NCBI GenBank assembly: GCA_963693365.1
Contig: CAVNZM010000008.1
Coordinates: 496,001-560,000 of the forward strand
Reading direction: 5' to 3'
DNA length: 64,000 nt
Origin: Amoebidium appalachense
Lineage: Eukaryota > Protista > Ichthyosporea
Of this stretch, positions 44,069 to 57,525 are shown piece after piece. The position numbers were made by a program, and so were the translations under genes. A model generated the notes under the pieces. The model did not search any database. It was not told the DNA's origin and worked only from the letters and a program-made list of their open reading frames with translations. The first letter of the stretch is position 1. Each line of letters opens with the position of its first letter.

Positions 44069-45383
44069 TCCCTCCACCCCCTCCCCCTCTCCCCCCCCCC
44101 CCCCCCCTTCTCCCTCTCCCCCCTCCTCCCCCCCCCCCCCCCCCCGCTCACCCCCCCTTTTCTTTCCCCTTTGACAATTAAAATCAGGAATTACTCTCGA
44201 TCCCAAAATCCTTCTACTTAACGAGCCCCCCCAGCCCCCTCCCCCCCCCCCCCCCCCCCCCCCTTGCCCCCCCCCCCCTTGCCCCCCCTTCCCCCCTTTA
44301 CCAATTTTTCATTCAATACCCACACCCGCGGGTCCGTCAAGCAACCAAGACTTTGCATACCCTCAACCCCACCCCTCCCCCCCCCCCCCCCCCCCCCCAC
44401 CCCTCCACCCCCACCACCACCAACCCCCCTCCCCCCCCCCCCCCACCTTCTCCCCCCCCCCCCCCCCCCCCCCCCTCCCCCCTCCGTCCCTCCCCCCTCA
44501 CCCCGCCGCCACCGATGAAAAACAGGAATTACAAGAACACACAGTCAGCCTCCCCAACACCCACCTCCGCATGCAGGCTCTATGCCCTCCTGCACCACTG
44601 CAGCCACATCAGGACTGGTGCCTATGAGCTTTGCCCCCCTCATGACGTGGTATGCGGCCCTGTTAATCTTGTGTGTGTTGTGGCTGTCACTCTCCCCCAC
44701 CACCACGTAATCAGGGTCCACGTCGTTGAGACGTATGCCCTCCTCGTACAGAGCATTGTACAACCCGGCCTCCCCAATCACATACGCCGTGCAGTGTCTG
44801 GGTGTGCGCACAGTGTCATCTACATGTGTGTGTGTGTGGTTTACATGCTCGCCGGGCATTGGGCACCGCACTAGGTTTAGACTCTACCCCTTTGATGGCG
44901 ACCCCCCTCCCCCCCCCCCCTCCCTCCCCCCCTCCTTCCACCCCCCCCTCCCCCCCCTTCCGTCCCCTCCCTCCCTGGCTCCCTCTAAATCAGTAATAGT
45001 TTTTAAAGTTTTTCTTGTGTCGGGCCCAAAAAATGGCTCCCTTGAGCTGTAGTGGCAACCTCAAAAGGGCTGATTGTGTCAAATATGATTGGGCTCCGTT
45101 TGGAGAAATGACACAGCAGCCAGGTGCTTTGATAGTAGTAGGGGGAAAAAAAAAAAAAAAAAAAAAAAAAAAAGACTGTAGGTGTAGGATAAGATGTGAC
45201 TGAAGGGAAAGTGAGGGCTGAATTTCATGTCTAGTAGACTCTGACATGTGTCGGTTTTCTTTTCTTCCTTTCTTCTTCTTCTTTTTTTTGTGTGTGTGTG
45301 TGTGGGGGGGGGGGGTGAAGTTATTATCTTTTATCAATTTAATTTCATTTTTTTTCATTCTTTTTTTTTTTTTTGCTTGGGCC

Positions 45384-45434
<51 letters not shown>

Positions 45435-45669
45435 AGCGGGAGATGTGACCATAGATAGGGGCAGGTTCACTCTACGAGTGTAAAAAATACGGAAGTAAAC
45501 CAGGGACCGAGGGCCGGCATGTGACATATGTCATGGTGACTTTTCAACACATATTGTGGATTGGTAGCAATCGGTGGGGATGGTGGCGGCGGTGGTGCTG
45601 GTGTGCGTGTGTGCGTGTGCGTGTTTGTGTGTGTGCGTGTGTGTGTGTACGCTTGGGCGTGTGCCCGCA

Positions 45670-45706
<37 letters not shown>

Positions 45707-45716
45707 TTGTTTGTGT

Positions 45717-45756
<40 letters not shown>

Positions 45757-46573
45757 GTGCGGCCGCATGTGTGTGTGCACACGCGCGTGTGTGTATTCCT
45801 AATTTATGTTTGTGTTTTTCGCAGTGGAGCCTCGAATGTTTTGGATCTGAGTGATTGTGCCACAGCTGCTCCGTGTCACATGTCAGCACAAAGCCTATGT
45901 TCAATTTGAAAACAATTTTTGATTGTGAACTAGCCTGCACATGTGTCCAACGCGTGTATGCCACATATACCGCTTTATAGGATGTACTTGCGCAAGCACC
46001 CACCTTTTTTGCGAAGACAGAAACCGTGCGGTGGACATTGCGCTGGTGAAGAACCGGCCGGCATCAACCTTCAGGCCCATGCGGTCCAGCTTGAGCTGTA
46101 GCTCTGCCGGCGACGGCTTGCTGTTGTTTGTCAGAAACAGCACCCTCTTGTTGTTCTTGTGCGCCCACAAGAGGAACTTTTTCGCGCCGGGGATTAGCGC
46201 CTTGTCGCGGTACACCACCCCGTCCATGTCCAGGATAAACCCATCCTTCTCTCGCACGGCCTCCAGACGCGCTGCAAAGCTGTCGCGGTCTGGCAGACTC
46301 TTTTTGCGCGCTGGAAAGACCACTGCACCCCCAAATAGTTGCGTCAGATTAATATTCAACCCCGTGTGTTCATGGCACAATGGTTAGGAATATCACACGA
46401 CACAGCTGTGTGACACAAACAGGCCACGTACTTTTCTTTGCCGTGCGCGGAGATTTTGGTGGCTTTGGCGCCTCCTCCAAGCCCTTGAGGTTGAGTGGAA
46501 CAGTGGCTTCTGTAAAATCACTGCCGCTTGGGGCGTCGCTGCTCGGCTTATAAGTATCCTGTGCATGCGCCAT
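42543..46573 (-). CDS. nagD: HAD-superfamily subfamily IIA phosphatase, NagD-like (5 exons)
   Basis: Phase-consistent exons 46432-46573, 46004-46310, 44565-44797, 43753-43863, 42543-42769. Motifs [49 protein letters not shown] and FPYRP. Confidence 0.95.
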
Positions 46574-47109
46574 TATATCAACAGAGAAGACTTGGTAAAG
46601 TTAAATCTATTTATGATTTTTTTTATTTCTGAAGAGAGTGTGTGTTACGTGGGTGTGGTCACAGTTGTGAGACCTGTCACAGTGCCAGCCAAAACGAGCT
46701 GAGATCGAATATTTGGACCAAAATACGACGACGAAGCATATGAAGAGACGGATAACCATATTAGGTCTATTTGGCTTTTAGCCAATCAACGAATTTGGAC
46801 ATTGCCCCATCGGTAGCGCAAATATCTTTGATCCGCCAATCACCGGGTAGTATTTTCCCGCCAAAATTATGTGTTTGCGCAAACCGCACAGTATGCCGAT
46901 TACTGAAAGTTGACAGCCTGACAGTCTGACAGGTCCGAGCTGCCAGAGGAGTCTCACTCAGGAGTGCCACCTCCACTAAGGCCCTCCTTTTGTCTTCCAC
47001 CTCCACGAAGTTCCCTTCCTTTCCGACAGGCTGTCGTGTCTTTCACCCACACCTCTTCCCCGTGTATTTCTGTGGCATGGGGAAGCTAGGCCGGTGGATA
47101 GTGGAGCCA
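46574..47109. promoter_or_regulatory. Compact bidirectional promoter (~540 bp between ATGs)
   Basis: The nagD-like and RING genes are head-to-head. CCAATC boxes at ~46782 and ~46836. Confidence 0.55.
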
Positions 47110-47634
47110 ATGGACTCCCCGCCAGCCGCTGAAGCGGTGCGTCCGGCCGGAGTAGAGGAGGCTCCTAAGGCGACAGAGGTTGTGTGCCCACGTTTCCCCT
47201 TTACCCCTTGCTTCTCCCTCTGCACATACCCTTTGGCCCACCTTCCATCACCGCCGAGGTCGTCGGACGGTCGTTCTTTCCATCCTAAACCACATAACTA
47301 ATCTAAGTGCACAGGAATACGATACTCTTTCTAAGTTCCCATTATAAGTACCGTACAAGTAAACCCCTTGTTCCGCTTTGGCCTTGCTGTCTCCCTCTCT
47401 CAAAAGGTGTTAACCCTCCCCCCCCCCCCCCCCCCCCCTTCTCCCCCCAACCCCCCCCCCCCCCCTCCCCCCCCCCCTCCACTCCCCCCTCCCCCCCCTT
47501 CCCCCCCAAAAGGGTGTGGCGGGATCGGCCGGTCAGAAGGAGGTGGTGGAGATACCCGACTGGACCCCCGAAGATGAGGTCAAACGTCTGGAGGTGTGCG
47601 CCCCCCAGCTCCCCCTCCCCCACCACCACCACCA

Positions 47635-47678
<44 letters not shown>

Positions 47679-48301
47679 TACACCCGCAAACACACCACAC
47701 CACCACGAACAACCCACCCGCTAATCCCCATTACCTCTCCGTCCAACCCATTTCTCGTCTTCCTCTCCAAGTCTGTTTGTTACTAGGCACGTGCACTATT
47801 CTCTCCCCTATTGCTCCAAGCCTGCCGGTGCTGTTTGTTTATGAGCTGTAAGTAGGGCCTTTTGCCGGCATGCACTGACCGTGTGTGCAGGAGGAGGTGT
47901 CACGGCTGCAGGCCACACTGAAGGCTGTACAGAGCGCCAGTAATTGCCCTGTGTGCCACTGTGTGCTGGTCGGCCCACACTCCCTGGCCTGTGGCCACAT
48001 CGTCTGTGTCACGTGCCTGCACGACTGGCTGTTTCAACGCCTGGCCGGTATGCGTCCTCCCCCCTCCCCCCTTCCCCCCCCCTCTCCTTCCCCCCCCCCC
48101 CCCCCCCCCCCCCCCAGCCCCACCTCGTAGCCCCCCCCCCCCCACCCCCCCACCCCCCACCCCTCTCCTTTCTACCTCCCCTATTGTATGCAACGAACAT
48201 CCATACACGTGTACAATAGATCCCGACAACGGACTTGTACAGCCACGCGCACACACAGTGACACCCACGGACACACACACACACACACACACATACACAC
48301 G

Positions 48302-48368
<67 letters not shown>

Positions 48369-50264
48369 CTTAACCCACACACGCATACGTACATCCACAG
48401 CCTCTCGCTCATTTGTTGATCCGAGGCTTCACACACTATCACACCCACCCATATATTTTCTACCACGGCCAATCACACATTATAAGTATAGATGCATGCC
48501 CACGCCTTCCCAACCTCACCCCTGACCCCACCTCCCGTGCACCCTCAGGACGGCAACACTATGAGTGCCCCATGTGCCGGGCATCCATTGAGGCCCCCCC
48601 TGCCCGCGCTTACGGTCTTGACGGTATAATGGCCGTGCTGGGGCCCGCACAGCCCGGGACCGAGGGAAAGGAGTACACCAAGAGGCTGGAAGGGGCAACG
48701 AAGATGATAGAGGAGGGGGACCTAAACAAGTGAGTGTCGTGGGAGGAATGAAGTGAACGTGGGCGTGCAGACAAAAAGAGATGTGTGTTTTTGTTGGCGT
48801 GTGTGTATGCGAGGGGGGAGGGGGGGGGGGGGGGGGAGGGGAGAGGGGGGGGGGGGGGGGAGTTGGTGTTGGGGGAGGAGAGGAGGAAGGCGGGTGGGGA
48901 GGGGGGGGGGGAGGGGGAAGGAGGGGGGCAAAGAGGGGAGAAAAGGTGGTGGTGTGTGTGTGTGTGTGTGTGTGTGTTGAGGGGGGAGGGGGGAGGGAGG
49001 GGAGGGAGCTCTAGAGTGGCTGGTGCACCTAGCAACGCAAATGAGATGGTTGAAGATGATGGTGGTTGGGAGATTTGGGATTCGAAGTGGTAATGACGGT
49101 GGTGGTAAGGACGGTTGATGGGGACGTGGGGTGTATGGGGGAGCGACCTCTTTCCGCTCAGTTGCTTCAGGTCGTATGTTTACTTGCAATGGGCTTGATG
49201 TACTTGGGCCGGCGCCACAAATTATATGTCAACAAACCAACTTTGAGTGACATTTAGCGTTCTCACCATCTGACTGTCATAATCATCTGCCCTCCCAACA
49301 CAAACCCCTGCACTCCCCTTGCAGGCTGTTTGGGCCGAGCTACACCATGGACGGCAGTGACGGGGTGCTGCGTTGTGGCGACTGCCACTTTGAAATAGTC
49401 GAGTCCAGGTGGGTGCCCGTATTTTTATATCTTGCCTTCTGCCCCCCCATCCCCCCCCCCCCCCCTCCACCACGGCCCGCTCCTCCACTCCCCAGGGCTT
49501 TTCTTCATCCTGCCGCTAGTAGTACATGTTGGTTCACAACTCACATAGAACATGTAAGTAGATGCATAACATAAGGTGTACGCACAGGGTGAACACACAC
49601 AGTGCTATGACATGTCAACACATCATGTGCAATTATGCATACAGAGCATCTTGTAGTTCAATCCACTTACATCGAACACTTCTAGGCTTTTTTTTTTTTT
49701 TAGTATGGCAATGACACAGACAGGAACACTATGCAGCTAGCACATCCATTGCTTCCTTGTGCTCATGTTGCCACTTATGTTTTCTATGATGTCTTATCAA
49801 ATACGGATTGCTGACATTGCAGGTGTGCCGGGTGTGGTGCCGAATTTCCCCAACTGGGAGGGCTACACTCAGAGGAAGACGGGAGTGAGGGGGAGGCGGA
49901 GGGTGACGACGATGATGATGATGATGGTGATGAGGAGGGGGAGGAGGAAGAGGAAGAGGAGGGGGAGGAGGAGGAGGATATGGATGGGTTTGTGGTGGAT
50001 GACCATGAGGTGTTGGTGATAGGCAGTGATAGCGAGGGGGAGGAAGGGGAGAGTGGAGAGGAGCAGGAGAGAGACGAGGATTCCGAGGCGGAGGAGGACC
50101 GTAGCAGTGGAAGTGGCAGTGATGAAGAGGGGTCAATCAAGGGGAAGAGACGAAAGAATGGGGAGGGGGAAGGGGAGGGCAGACATGTGAAGAGGAGAAA
50201 GAAGGAGACAGAAAAGGAGAAGGAAGGCAGTTCGGAGGAGTCAGACTCGGAGGACAGCGAGTGA
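47110..50264 (+). CDS. RING-HC E3 ubiquitin ligase with C4 zinc ribbon and acidic tail (Psh1-like), 6 exons
   Basis: Exons 47110-47178, 47513-47593, 47891-48047, 48549-48729, 49325-49408, 49823-50264. C3HC4 RING CPVC..CGHIVC..C..W..CPMCR, then DGSDGVLRCGDCHFEIVESRCAGCG, then an E/D-rich tail with KRRK. Confidence 0.9.
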
Positions 50265-50641
50265 GTTGCCTTTTGACTTCAGTGTCTTCCACATCACAGA
50301 TATCATGTGGTTGCAAACTCTTGAGTGTCCGTATGCACTGGGTTGCATGTTGCGGGCTTTGCCCTGCACCATGGATTGGGGCGGCAGTGCAAATGGAATG
50401 ACATTTGGAAGTTTTGTAACTGTTGTAAGGTCTTGAGGGTGCTTGTTGATCTTCGTTGTTGAAGTTTTGTATGTCTATATGGGCAGGCACTATTCAATTG
50501 CAAACATACTTTTAGATTTTGTATGAAACGTTAAGGCACGAATGTAATTATGCACTTGTGGAGCCCACTCTCAAGTGTGTGTGTATGTATAGATTTAGAA
50601 TTCGAATTATGTGGTATATTAGGCAGCAATAAAGCCTTGCA

Positions 50642-50927
50642 ACCTATGCCTGATGGACATGTGCTGTGCGGTAGGCCCGCACGGTGGCGTGAATTTAAAT
50701 GGATTTCTCGCTCAACGGACTCTACCAGGCTTAAATGTTTTACCATTAGGCCATACTATTGTGAAGCAGCTGAGTGCACGGTTACGTACCTATGCCTGAT
50801 GGACTTGTGCTGTGCGGTAGGCCCGCACGGGGGCGTGAATTTAAATGGATTTCTTGCTCAACGGACTCTACCAGGCTTAAATGTTTTACCATTAGGCCAT
50901 ACTATTGTGAAGCAGCTGAGTGCACGG
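50642..50927. repeat. 146-bp direct tandem duplication
   Basis: acctatgcctgatggac...gctgagtgcacgg at 50642 and 50788, near-identical. Confidence 0.95.
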
Positions 50928-51590
50928 ACGCAACCGTGCACCATCGTATAGCTCCATCGTATTCCATATACAAACTCGTTCAAAGGTGCCTTTGCGTTGT
51001 ACACTGCCTACAGTCAGTGCCTATGGCTTCTGTTCCGATGATACTTGGCCACAGTGCAGTATGTCTTACAACACATGTGCAAATCGATCAGTTGCATCTT
51101 GCCGGGACGACAACAGGTATATATAGTGTAACAGCTCAGACAGGAGCTACATATGTACAAAGCCATTATAACACCCTCGAACGACAGCGCTACAGCTCAG
51201 ACCCTGCAGAGTCAGAGAACTACCATAATTGGACAACAAAAAGCTTATGCCAGAGCTACATATGTAGCCATTGCCCACCATCGCGCGACACTTGTGCGGC
51301 CGTGCACAACAAAGCTTTTTGGGAGCTACATAGCCAGTATTATATTCGCCGCCGGACAACACATGTACGAACAACTCAGAGGGAGCTCCGTATCCAGGTC
51401 GCCCCAATAGCACACGATTGGGAGGCCTTGCATAGTAGGCATGGCAATGAGCCGATGACTCACCGGGTGCAGGTGGTGTTTGCGTATATCTGTTTATTGT
51501 GGCTTCGAGGCAATCGCTATGATGGCAGAATTCGGCCGTGTTAAAGACTGTGTTGTGTTGTGCCAATAAAGTTCATGTGCCACATATGCC

Positions 51591-51689
51591 CACACAAATG
51601 TCAACATCAGACCACCAGCCAGCTTGGAAAGTGGTCACCCGCACAAATGTCAACATCAAACCACCAGCCAGCTTGGAAAGTGGTCACCC
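51591..51689. repeat. 50-bp tandem duplication
   Basis: cacaaatgtcaacatca.accaccagccagcttggaaagtggtcaccc x2. Confidence 0.9.
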
Positions 51690-52201
51690 AGGTCGACCAG
51701 CTTTCAGCAAAGAAATATGTACTATGGCTGGCTAAGCGACAAAGAACATCAGTTATTATTGTTGCCTGCCCACACAGGAGAAGACAACGCCCATGGACAG
51801 TACAGCTGCCAGCCGCAGCAAAGGACATGTAAATGTTCGAATATTGGTGGTCAGGAAAGCATACACATAACAGTGTGATTGTAACCTGTGCACCACCAAA
51901 AACTATATATGTGCAGTCGGATTACTTTACCACATTCCTAGTTGATATTGCATAACATTGATATTGCATACAGAAACGACTAGACACAAGCACACTTTCA
52001 TTCATTCCGATCTACTTTTCAGGCTGCTGGTGTGATGCTGGCGCAGTAGTGCCGCGCTGCTTCGACCTTTCTGCCTCCAGTTGCCATCTCACCCTGTTGT
52101 AGTGGCGAAAATACATCATAGACTTTTGGACTTCAACAGGGTTTTCACATGTTACAGTCGAGCCGAAACCCAGGCCCTCGGGGTCGTAACCAGGCGAGCC
52201 C

Positions 52202-52637
52202 TCACCAAAGAAGCCGTTCAGTGTTGGAGAATTCTTCATCGTGTGCTAGGTGACGTTTTAAGGGAGAAGAGAGCTCCACAGGGAGACGTCTCTCGAAGCT
52301 CGCGTAGGAGGGGCACTGTTCTATGCCCGTCACCCCAAGTTGATAAAAAGAGTGCAGGTGTAATTGGTACCTTCCTTCAGTTACTCGTTTCGCACAAACA
52401 CAATAAGAAAACGGCAACTCATACACAAACTGGTCTATTGGAGATTTACCCACACGCTCACTATTGTACATATCTCTAGGGAGCAATTCCCTACCCTTTG
52501 CATATTCACACAACTGTTCTGAACGATAGTTATACAACTCCACTATAACACACCAACTCCACTTGTCTACTACATCCTCCAAATCCTCCGCAGCTTCTGG
52601 CGGTACGGGCGAGCTTTTATAAGAATGTCGGTAGAAC
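52202..52637 (-). CDS. Possible orphan exon or pseudogene fragment (~145 codons, unknown function)
   Basis: Open frame of normal complexity after a gctaat..tag acceptor (FYRHSYKSSPVPPEAAEDLEDVVDKWSW...ERLLW*). No recognisable motif. Confidence 0.3.
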
Positions 52638-55008
52638 CTACCAGGTTTTCGGACAACAAATTAGCAACAAAAGCAGCAGTGATTTGTAACTAATCAGCAG
52701 GTAGAAAAATAATTGTAAAAGCAATGATTGGAATACGCTATGCTTAAAAAGCCATGAAGCTTTTTTAAAAAGTCATCAGACGAACGTAGACCATCCTGAT
52801 GTTAGGCCTGTTGCTCTTTTGTAGGATCCTTTGTCGTTATCATCGTTTGGTTCCCCGGGGAGCAGGGGGTATCATTAAAATCCCCCTGGAAAATATCGAT
52901 GTATTAGAGCTGATATTAGAACTGTGCCTAACTGATAATAAAAAGGTATATTAAGCACAGCATATTATTGCTTATATAAAACATGCTTTATCAATTTTTA
53001 AAAAAAATTCTTTGGGGGCCGAGCAGTATTCTATTGCGAAAACAGCAATGCATTGCTTTTGCATCGAAAAATAGTGTTAATTTCTCTTTTCCAAGTGACT
53101 GCCAGTCCTTAGCCTCCAGTCGTATGGCAATGACCGGGTTTGCTTGCATGAATTCTGTAATTGTGCTTTCCTGTGTGTCCTGCCACAACTAGGCCACCTT
53201 ATCAGAGAGTTAGATGCAGTTTCTCCGGGTTATCTAGGGGTCGGGCCCGTTGGGATTGTTTTCTAGCTCAGATTTGGTCTGCATTGCTCTTTTAGAGGCT
53301 GACTTGCTTGCTGTGCCTCCGTTGATTTTGAGGGAGGCTGTTGGGAAGGAGCAGTAACGATGTCTTCTTGCGGAGTGTGGTCTGGTCAACATCGATGCAT
53401 TTGACTAGTTGGAGCAAACTAGTTTCACGCATACACGTATACTTAAGGTTTTGCCCGTTGGTGTCCTTTGTCACTTGTCGCTTTATTTTTATTTCGTAGC
53501 TTTGGCTTTTTCAATTCTATTGGTGGTTATGTAGCCTGTGGCTGCACGTTGCCTTCATCAACGGTTCAATAAACCCAAGTCAAAAGAAATTTTTTTATTT
53601 TATTTATTTTATAATGACTTTATTGATGTGCTCAATATGTTGTTCTAAAATCTAGCACCCAATAAAAATGAATCTTGGAGGTCGTGCGGTGAAGCAATAT
53701 AATTGGCGTTAAATCACGCTGTCTCAGCACCGCTCAAGATCGGCCCAGGGCATCAAATACTTGCAGTAAAAGGACCGTATGTACATCGATCATTTAGGAA
53801 AATGTGTACAATTCATTCGCCAAATTCAAGTTAAAAAGTTTCATATTTATTTTCTAATTAAGAAAAACTAAGGTATTAATTTGACACTTTTTAGCAATTC
53901 CGCATAATGTAAGATGCTGGAAAGCGCTGGGTTCAGTGGGTTGGGCCCCTCTTGCATACATATCTGGGAGGATCGTTAACATTCCAAACTTTGATCACGT
54001 CAATTGCCTTATGTTGTCAAAAACAGCTGCAGCATCTGTACTATGACACACCTCACGGTGTTGAAGTTATATATTTGAGCATCGAGCTTATTCCGCTTCC
54101 TTTTTTGTATCTAACAAATACATACAGTTCCCAGCTCATGTGGCGATAAAAATCAAAAATGTAAAGTGATTCCCAGTCCACAAATATGGACCAATAGGAG
54201 CTCGAAGAGCAACATGGGCAAATCTACTTTAGTATATATTGCTGTATGAATGGATTTACATCTACCCCGGTTCCATATAGAACCATTTACATAGGTATAT
54301 GATACGACACAAAGAACGATATGAAACCAAAAAAATCTGTTTTTAATATAGAAAGTTTAGCGCCGTGTCAAATATTTATGTGTAATTGTTTACGCAGGAG
54401 AATGATGTTGGAAAAAGCAACACATCAACGTAGTTTACACCCCCTCCAAGTTGCCCAAATCACATGGACGGTTACGTGAATCTGCCATTTATGGCTTATC
54501 AGCAAACATCTTGTGGTGCGTCATCGACCAATCGCAGCTCTCGTGCCAGCACCCCATGACTTGCAGCAGAGCGAACCCGGTGTGTCATGATCACCCGGCC
54601 CGCGTTAGGGGGTGACATGTCCGGCGAGCACAGGCCAAGTTGGTGGTGCCCGGGGGGAACACAAGAAAGTGGAGCAGGAGCTGAAAAGAGAGCATGGGGA
54701 TGGCAGGGTCAGATGTTGAGAATGGAAGGGAAGTGTAGTGTGTATAAAAGCAGCAGGGCTCGCTATATTATGGACGGCCCCGACCCACCCGCGATGCAGT
54801 GAGTCTGTGATTTGTGCATGCATTTTCGCGCCGTGCGCATGCGCGTGTACGTGTTTACTTACGCGCGTAAGGCATTTTTGAATTTGAAATGGGGGGGTGG
54901 GCAGTGGTAAGTATTGAGGTCCCCCCTCCTGGTGGGTCCCCCCCCCCCCCCCTGGGTGGGTCGGGGGGAGGACCCACCACCCCCTCTAGCGCTAGAGGGG
55001 GTGGTGGG

Positions 55009-55372
55009 CAGGGATGTGGTGACTTGACTCGGAGTCATGACTTTAAGTCAAAAAAGCTCCTGACTTTTGCCAAGTCAAGTCGAGCCATCAGACAGGACAT
55101 ATGGGTGACTTTGGACGGGGTGGGGAGGGGGGATGGGAATATAAGGGGAGGGCGGGGGGGGGGGGGGGGAGGGGGTCGGGAGAGGTGGGGAGATGTCCCG
55201 CTCCTCTCGTCCGCCCCCAAAATTGTTACTATATTTGGCAAAAAGTCACTAAAGCCGTGACTCGAGTCAGACCCCTCTAAGTCGCGACTTCCAGTCAATT
55301 CAAGTCAACAACCTCGACAATCAATTATAATTATAAGTCAATTCAATTCACCAAGGGTCCGCCACATCCCTG
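55009..55372. mobile_element. hAT-type MITE (364 bp) nested in the Harbinger-like element
   Basis: 11-bp TIR CAGGGATGTGG / CCACATCCCTG. Exact 8-bp TSD gtggtggg (55001-55008, 55373-55380). Many subterminal tgact/agtca motifs. Confidence 0.9.
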
Positions 55373-55528
55373 GTGGTGGGTCCCCCCCCGACCCACTTCT
55401 TTAGTGGGGTGGTGGGTCCCCATCCCCCCCCCCCCCCTGCCCCCCCTCCCCCCACCCCCTCCCCGCGGGGAATCCAACGGGACCCTCCGCGCCGGCCGCG
55501 GATGCATACCCTCTCAAGAGCGGCTCGT

Positions 55529-55559
<31 letters not shown>

Positions 55560-56280
55560 CCTCCCCCCTTCCTCCCCCCCTCTCATCCACCACCATCCCC
55601 CACATTAAGTTTGTACTAAGTCTTCTTCCCTCCCTTTTTACCAAGGCTTTCGGAATTTTGACAACGTTAGGGCAAATCTATCATACACAACATGTCACTG
55701 GGAGTGTGCGCCTGCAATTTTTTGTGAGGTGGAGACGTGTGTATGTGTCCTTTAGGTGGGTGGGCATTCGGCACTGCTAATCATTGTGGTGGCCTGACAG
55801 TGTGCAAGTAAACGTTGTGCCACATGTGCAAGCTGTGTGGACGCAACGCGCTTAGCATGTGCAAAATTACATGGCATTTCACGTATGTGCTACTGAAGAG
55901 GGTGTGTGCACACGTGTGGGTGTCACTGTGCTTGTGTGTCTCAGTGCGTGTTTGCCTGTGTGCGTTTGTGTGCATACGCGTGCGTGTGTTGTGTGTGTGT
56001 GCGTGTCAGTGATGGAGAAAACTCCCAGATTCTCTGGCACAAATCTGCACGCGCGCATGTGCCTTCCGTGGCATGTGTGTCTGAATTGCCATAATATGTG
56101 TGTGTGTGTGTGTGTGAACGTTAACGGTTGTTCAATTGCAACTTTAAATGGTGAGCATGCATGATGGCGCATGATGCATGGATGAAATTGCGTCAGACAA
56201 ATAACCGGGGAGGGGGGAGGGGGGGGGGGGATAGATAAAGAGCGAAAAAGAGGGCGCGGTGGTGGCGTGATGGTGGTGGT

Positions 56281-56397
<117 letters not shown>

Positions 56398-56886
56398 TAA
56401 GGGGAAGCCGGTAGAGAGGAAAAAAGGAATTCAGAATGTGTGCAACGTGGGCGCTCGCATCATTATACAGAGAATTAGCATATTATTCTACGGCAGTCTG
56501 TGATGATTGTGTCTGCGTGTGCAAGGGTGCTTTACTGTACATTGTCGAGACCATCAGTAGTCATGAGCAACCAGTCATTGCGGCCTCCGTATGAGATCAT
56601 AAGGGGGGTAGAGAGGGGAGGCCCCCACGGGCCAGCGGTCGTTCCAGGGGGAGGGGGAGGGGGGCCCCGGGGGGAGGAGGGGGGAGGGGATGCCTGGCTA
56701 GTAAGCAGGTCCAATTTGACCCAGGGCCTGATAATTGATACCAATCATTGTGGATGTAGAGAAGGTGCCAATATATCAACGCCAATATGTTTTCAAGTTG
56801 GTGTCCAATATATATACTAATATATATTAGTCATCATTTTGGGTAGCCCCCCCCCCCCCCCCCCCCCTCCCCCTGGGTGGTGGTGG

Positions 56887-56929
<43 letters not shown>

Positions 56930-57491
56930 TTTCCCCAACCAGCAAAAAAGTGGGTCCCCCCCCCCCCCCTCCGCCAGCCAGCAGAGGGGTGGTGGGTCCC
57001 CCCCCCCCCCCCCCACGTATCTACTACCCCCCTCCCCGTTTCAAAAATCAAAAAAGCCTAAGGCGGGCACGGAACAGAACAGTACGAACAGTGCCTGAGT
57101 GTGCATTAACGACCCACTGAGTGCACCTACAGGGCCGGCATCTGTACAGCACCCTACACTAGTACTGACAAATTCATGGCATTTCCAGACGGTCTAAGAG
57201 AAGCTAGACTGTGCTCAGTGGGAGGGGAATCCGCCCAAAAGGCAGCCAATTATGATTGCCCCCGAGCCTTCTCGACGAGTCCAACAGGCTGCGCGCAGGG
57301 CTGCGCTATGGCGACCCCCGACCCCCCCCCCCCCCCCCTTAACACATACACACTTTTTTTTTTGAGCGGGGCGAGCGGAGCCGCGGGGGGCAGGGCCGGG
57401 GGCCGTCCCTCGCCCCCCCGGATGGTTGATCATGACACAGTGAGCTCGCGAGTAGTTGTTGGGCTCGCGGAAGCCCCACGCCAAAGAGGCG

Positions 57492-57525
<34 letters not shown>

